A DNA stretch of 64,000 bases from NCBI GenBank assembly GCA_000934665.2, contig JYFJ02001984.1, positions 1 through 64,000 of the forward strand, in the 5' to 3' direction. Position numbers and translations under genes: made by a program. Of the stretch, positions 55,315-64,000 are shown one piece after another. Each line of letters begins with the position of its first letter. Within the stretch, counting starts at the first letter, position 1. Under the pieces are notes generated by a model. It saw only the letters and a program-made list of their open reading frames with translations. It had not been told where the DNA came from and searched no databases. The stretch comes from Catajapyx aquilonaris. Its lineage: Eukaryota.

Positions 55315-56747
55315 GTATATTTTCAGCAGCAATAGCAGTAGTTTATCAGTAGTAGCCGTGGTAGTATCATAATATCAACCACAACAACAACGACAGAAAC
55401 AATACCACCAGATGGGACCACCAATACTATTGCTGTTGTTGTTTTTCCCCTATGCACTTATATGGACATGAACATATTATGGAGAATAGAGGGGAGCAAT
55501 GAGAGGAGTTATGCATGTTTTCAAAAACTGAAACATGCGGCATAAAATTCCTCGTAAAAGTAACTCCTGTTATGTTAGTTTAATGCGCTGTAGCCTACGT
55601 GCATTCCCCAGGATTTCTGTAGCGAACAAACAAACTTCCCAAAATATAGAAATAGATATTTGAGATTAAAGGTTTGGTAATGGCCAACTAAAAATCACTT
55701 TCATCCCGGTTCAAATGTGGAACCCCGTTTTTGCTGTATATAGTGGTCATTAAAGGAGCATCCATTCAAAATCACATTCGAAGAAAATATTTCTCTGCCG
55801 CTTCCAAAAAACTACCCTCTGATGTTTTACCCTCAATAAAAACATCTCATGCCAGTGGTAAAATGTTGATCCTCAATAAACAATTGTCAAAAAGCCCGCA
55901 TTTTAGTAGATAAAGAAATTCATGCTTTATTCAATAAACTCAAAGTCAGTATCGCTGTGTAACTCTATGAAGTGTACTTCAAGCGCTGCAGCTTACCTAT
56001 TTTGCTGTGGTCATTAAAATTTGCCATCTATTGCATTTTATTAATAGAAGTCCCTATAGCTGACACTCCGCAGCGTTATGTACGCAAATTACAGTATTTC
56101 AGAAAATTGCGCCTTAGCCTGTACCAATACGCTCATATTACGTTGATTCATGTATAGCCTAATATGAATCTACACGTACCAGTAAGCCTATTTTTTAAAA
56201 GATCTCCTGGAACCGTGATGTGGACGCATATCCTTTAGCAAAATATCCCGGACCATGTACCTTGTTTAATTTGCTGAACTCCCATTTGAGAAGATTAACA
56301 GAGTTCCCCCATCTCCATCTCCGTCCCCTTCTCAGAAACAAAAAAAGCAAGTTGGAATGAAAATTTGAAACTAATGTAATTACATTAGTATGTGCCTCAA
56401 AAGCAGATGTTTGCCTTGTCTTCCGCCCCACAGGCTGGGAAGAAGACGGAAGGAGAAAAGCGAAGGCAAACAAAGCACAATTACCTTTATGAGGCCCGCT
56501 TCCTCACTCGACTTGTCTCGTGGAGGGCACTTTCACTCTCTACAACATTGAAATTAATGCAATGTCAGTGCAAAGTACTTGTAGTAGCAGAAATGGAAGC
56601 TAAGAGTACTTAGGGATACTCATAATGCAACTCAGAATTGGACTTGTACGTACGGGTCATCTCACAGCTATGTGCGATAATAATATAGGCTAATCATTGA
56701 TACTGAATTACGTATTTCCTACACTATTTATGATATCCTACATAAAT

Positions 56748-56932
56748 AACGGATAAATATTTTGGTTCCGGTGTTCTAGCTACAAAATAAAAAGTAGGTA
56801 AAAACCTAGAAATCCGTTCTTTTATAATGTGCAATGCGTCGTGAAATAAAAATTATAAAAGAACGGATTTCTAGGTTTTTACCTACTTTTTATTTTGTAG
56901 CTAGAACACCGGAACCAAAATATCTATCCGTT
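56748..56932. repeat. Long inverted repeat, 81-bp arms, 23-bp spacer
   Basis: 56748-56828 is the reverse complement of 56852-56932 with one mismatch. Confidence 0.95.
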
Positions 56933-58433
56933 TCATAACGCAATGACCTCAAAAATAGTAGTTTTCTAAAACCTAAAAATTGCCTATTTCGGACGATGGG
57001 GCCTAAATGGCCTATTAGCGCATATTTTCACCTATTTACGCCTTTTTGACGCCTTTTCGTAATATTTTCGGCAGTTTTTACGTGTTTTCCGTTCAATAAG
57101 TCATCCCTCCCGCTTCAACCTGTGAATAGCGAAGAAGCTGTAGGAGTGTAGGGTGTAGGCCTACCCTATAGACATGATGCCGGATGAACTGGCTGTACAA
57201 ATCATTTAACTTTTCAAGAATGATCCAGTTTCTTTGTGTGACGTCGAAAGGTCATTTTCAGCGTATAAAGTTGTACTGTCACACAGGCATCGCCGAAAAA
57301 ATAATAATAAAAATAAAAACTAAAATATGGAACTGCTAATTTGTTACTGTGTTGCAAAATTACATGGCCAATAGTGGGCTGTAATAATATTGCATGAGAC
57401 TGAAAATAAATGAGGACCTGCTTGATTTTTAGAGCCTACGTATTTAAGAGCCATTTTAACTGTTTTCAAGACCTGAATGCCTATCTATTTGAGGGTTTTT
57501 TAGAACCTAGAAATCCGTTTTTTGGACATTATTTTCATCACCTAAGCAAGGCAAAACAATATAAAAATTGTGATAATAATGGGCGACAATTGACTATTCC
57601 AGTCTTATTGCCTCTGCATGTAGGGGGATAGTATACGTGTACATTATATACACAGAGCATGCTGCTTGGTTTAATCAAAATAATAAAACTTACCATAGAT
57701 TTGTACTTTGCCTTCTAGAAAAAGTCTGGTATATTTTGTCGTTGGCGTGACATTGATATTGATATTAGCTGCAATATCCGTCCCACTGCTAACTTTGCAG
57801 TACTGTACTAGTGTTGGCACTGGTACTGCTAAGTTAGCAGTATCTAACAGTCAGTTGTATGACGGCCGACACAACAGTCATATGCTCCTGAGTGAGGAAA
57901 GCAAGCGAGTCAAAGCTGCAGAGTCTTCTGTAATTATAATTACATTGCTGTAGCACCAATCGCCAAGGACACATCATAAGAACTGCACTGAAGCCTTGCA
58001 AAGGTAAGAAGAGAAAGATCACATGTCACAATCTGCAGTAGGTGCTTGCTTGAAATGCAGGTTACACTGTCTTCAATAATAACTCAGGCCAACAAGTTTG
58101 TTGTAGCATTGATGCCTAATTCGAGTGTGCTGAATCCAAATCTGATGTTAGTATTTCTCTGTAAGCTATAGATTTTCTACAATTCAAAAGTTTAGTTTTC
58201 GCGACATTTTGGCGCCTGTCGCCTGATGACATGATCTCTCTGAGGAATTTGTGGTCATACAGTCTTAAAATTAGGCATAAACAACCGTCTTGGTAAAGAT
58301 ATATTCACTTTTTATTCACAAAAAGTTGTAGGTGCATAACAATATGCATTAAAGTTTGAAAAAGTCATAAAATGGAAAAAGAATGTCCCAATTTCAAAAT
58401 CCTATAACTCGAAAACTGGTAGACATATCTTAA

Positions 58434-58999
58434 AGGGACACTCCACTGAAAATACAAGTTGGGCTTTAAAAATCGGGCTAAAAATCCTGAATCCGAGGGT
58501 ATAAGAAGTTTTTCTGAGAGACGAACGGTAAGGCCAGGACTGGCCAGGCCGAGAGGTCAGATTCGTAAAATAATAGTCTCCCGCGCAGTGAGTGATGGGA
58601 ACAAGATCCCTCCAGCGGCCAGATGGGGAACCACGCGGACGGACGGGACTGTTCCGGCGTGGTTCCGGGAGCGAATATTATGGAAAAAAGAGAGTGCGCG
58701 ACCTGATACGGAGGCTAACGAGGCAGTCAGAAACCCCCAACGGTGCGGAGAAGGCATCACTTATCTCGGGCGGGGGAGCACCTTTAATTCGCGCCATCCC
58801 CTGGTCTAGTTCCTCCCGGTTCCGCTCCTCTGGTGGCGTTGCCACCTGCGCCGCGCGCGGTTTTCGAACGGCACACTACCAGCTTACACCCTGGCCTTAC
58901 CTCAGAAAAACTGCTTATAAAACCCTCGGATTACCCTCGGATTCAGGATTTTTTGCCCGATTTTTAGAACCCAGCTTGTATTTTGAGTGGAGTGTCCCT
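58434..58999. mobile_element. Non-autonomous Kolobok-type DNA transposon (MITE)
   Basis: TTAA on both sides (58430-58433, 59000-59003); ~68-bp imperfect TIRs AGGGACACTCCACT..AATCCGAGGGTA / TACCCTCGGATT..AGTGGAGTGTCCCT. TTAA TSD with purine-purine termini indicates Kolobok; piggyBac would start CC. Confidence 0.85.
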
Positions 59000-59544
59000 T
59001 TAATGATTTACGTTTTGAAATGCTAAGAAATGTCCAATGTTTTGGTCTCACTCTTAGTTTGGTTCGATATGAGCTCCATTTGTCGCTTGGCAAATGTAAA
59101 TATATGGTAATCGGTGTCATGCATAATCAGCTCCGGCATATCTTGTCTGGCGTTACCGTTGCAATTTTTTTCCCATAGGTGATGGAGATACCTGATCTTT
59201 TCACAATACATGTACTGTATCTCCACAAAAATGTCAATCGGGGTAAGATCTGGGCTTCTGGCGGGCTAGGCACTGGGAAAATTATCCTTCACGACTTCGC
59301 ACAGCCTTGAACAAGTGAAACTTTCCTACAGCCGGATTGTTTGTATGAGGCTACTTTTCAGGTGCATATCATGAAGAACAATGTTTGTGGTGTAAAGGCC
59401 AGTCATCTTCCAGCAGCTACGGGTTAGAATCACAGCAGTATCTCCAGATATGATTGAGTGGGTTTGGCTCGAGACCGGATATCGTCTTTTTTATTTCTCG
59501 AGCGACAAATGATGCTCATATCGAAACAAACTAATGTGAGACAA

Positions 59545-59782
59545 ACCGAAGCAGGTTGGTGTAGGGGATCGGGAGGTCCTGGGTTCGAATTCCGGGCCGG
59601 CGACCCTGACCGTGGTGTTCTGTGGTTTCCCACAGTCCCCCCAGGTTAATTCCGAGGTCGTTTCCGTACAAATAGGCCACAACCACTTCCTCCCTTCCAT
59701 ATCCTTGGCCCCATCCAATGGTGGTATTCCACCCCCCTAATGGAGCGCCGTTCTCCCAAATGGGGTATAAACAAAAGAAAAC
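59545..59782 (+). mobile_element. tRNA-derived SINE, family A, internally deleted copy
   Basis: Colinear with 47828-48270 (ACCGAAGCA.GTTGGTG, B box GGTTCGAAT, GTGGTTTCCCAC, ATAGGCCAC); tail ATGGTGGTATTCCACCCCCCTAA and A-rich end; imperfect TSD TGTGAGAC at 59535 and 59783. Confidence 0.85.
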
Positions 59783-60798
59783 TGTGAGACCAAAACTTTT
59801 AACATTTCGTAACATTTCAAAACTTAAATCAGTTAGATATGTCTGCAAGTTTTTGACTTATTGGGTTTTAAAATTGGGGCATAATTTTTCGATATTTTTG
59901 TACTTTTTTCAAACTGTAATGCATATGCTATTGTGATGCTTGAAAACATTTACCATCATTACTTAATGCCTTCACGACCTGTTTCATCAAGCCGAGCTTG
60001 ATATGGTAGCTCCAAGCCTAATTCTCAAGCTATCCCCAGTGTAAATAGCAATGGGTGTCCTTTCCCCCCCGAAAATCCCAAGTTTCAAATTGCATGAAAA
60101 CTAGAGCATGTAGAGGAAAACCCGATTTCAGATTCAAAATCAGCGTTGAAAAAATACTTAGAATCAGTTGAAAAATCTCATGCAACAGAAAAAAATTTTT
60201 TTTTGTTGGCCTGCGTAATATATTACTATAATTACATTTAAAATCATGGGATTTTATTAAAAACACCTCATCCACGAGTGTGAAAATACATCTCACTTAT
60301 CCCATGCTGATGTCCATGGGTTCTTCACCCCCATTATCCCCATCATCACCCACTTTTTCATTTCATTTCATTTTCATTCACCCAAAAATCACACATCCTT
60401 TGAGATGGATCCCTATTGTGGATACTGTTTGGTTTGGTTACTTGCTTCTCTTCGACAACAAGTAATGAAGACAACACCTTTGCTGTTTACAAAAGCTTAT
60501 TCGATCTTTGTAGAACTGAGCCATTTACACCTGTCTAAGGAAACAACAGTAGGGTTTCACTTGATCAGTCAGTTCTTGTCATTCCTGCAGGTACAAGGAG
60601 AAACCTTCTCCTTAATATTTCAGACAACACAACCATGATCTTGCCTACATGAATCCTCACACTCCTCTTCTGACATAAACATGTATACCAAGATCATGCT
60701 TCAATTATATTCCGGGTGAAGTTAGAAACATGGCACTGATGATTTAAGATTGTTGGATGCACTTTTTCTCCTAAGACTGACTTTACATATTACATGCA

Positions 60799-63293
<2,495 letters not shown>

Positions 63294-63379
63294 ATCGAGC
63301 AATCTCTCTGTCCGGTGTATTCTGGATAGGCGGTCGTCAGAACTAGTACGTGGCATATGGGGCCTAGCCCTAACCAGAG

Positions 63380-64000
63380 ACCAAGGCAGAAGGACGCCCA
63401 GATGCGCCACACAGCGTCTAGCGAGATGCAATTCATTAGCTTTGACCTTGCTGCCGCCAGATGTCTCTCATTAGGTAGCGAACCTACTGAAGCCAGAGAT
63501 GGTGACGTCACATCCGCCCGCACCATTCAAACCTATTCAAACGCTACCGTATCGCTACCATATGCAGTGACAACGTTATTATTTATTTTAAGGGCGATAG
63601 CCTCCGCCCGACTGCGAGCCACTTGGTCAACATCGCGCGGAATGCTGACGATTGTCCTGGGGAATGCCACCATACGTCCCCGTCAGCGGAAAGTGCTCGC
63701 CAAAACGATGAGAGGAGTACTCCAGACCTAGAAGGACAGCGACCTTCGCAGCAAGCCCAGCCAGGGCAAGGTGTTTGAGTGCGTGGGCCAGTCTACAGCG
63801 TCCAGCCATTTCTTCCGGGATGGTAAATACACCCAATTCGCAGATTGGCGATTCATTCATAGGGCTCGTCTTAATCTGGTGCCCTTGAATGGAGCTAGAC
63901 CGTGGACAAAGGATAACCCGCCGTGCCGCCGCTGTCCTCACCCACAGGAGACCCTACCTCACGTGCTGAACCACTGCAAGGTGCATACAACATACATTAT
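63380..64000 (+). mobile_element. Degenerate 5'-truncated non-LTR retrotransposon, NeSL/Utopia-like (RLE class), region downstream of the RT with CCHC zinc knuckle; continues past window end
   Basis: One frame reads ...ASARLRATW...MRGVLQT*KDSDLRSKPSQGKVFECV..SSHFFRDGKYTQFADWRFIHRARLNLVPLNG..PCRRCPHPQETLPHVLNHC. KPxQGK, FADWRFIHRARLN and CxxC-x8-H-x4-C are recalled NeSL/Utopia motifs. There is an in-frame TAG at 63729-63731, and the 5' boundary is approximate. Confidence 0.85.

Larger units (their letters stand above)
58383..59882. mobile_element. Older element with long imperfect inverted arms, host to the Kolobok and a SINE
   Basis: 58383-58433 plus 59004-59091 is the reverse complement of 59498-59544 plus 59783-59882 (e.g. 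CCCAATTT.AAAA, AGACATATCT, GTTTTGAAATG, TTTTGGTCTCAC, TTCGATATGAGC, CATTTGTCGCT); true termini not resolved. Confidence 0.65.

Overview
This window is eukaryotic, most likely invertebrate animal, genomic DNA: it has spliceosomal GT-AG introns, tRNA-derived SINEs and animal-type DNA transposons. The first ~60 kb contain no protein-coding gene I can recognise. GC/CpG-richer blocks full of TAAT/ATTA motifs alternate with AT-rich stretches of mobile-element debris. The debris includes non-autonomous CMC/EnSpm-like, hAT, Tc1/mariner, Sola-like and Kolobok elements (several nested), plus SINEs that share one structured 3' tail. Short TA-NNN(N)-TA motifs are strongly over-represented and look like transposon excision footprints. 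The only host gene is a multi-exon ILF2/NF45 homologue on the minus strand (~60.8-63.3 kb). Its first seven exons splice in frame, but the expected C-terminal exons appear decayed. About 90 bp upstream of its ATG, on the opposite strand, a degenerate NeSL/Utopia-type (RLE-class) non-LTR retrotransposon begins and runs off the window end. I found no CRISPR array, rRNA or intact tRNA, and I cannot support a wholly new biological system. All family assignments rest on recalled motifs, not database searches.
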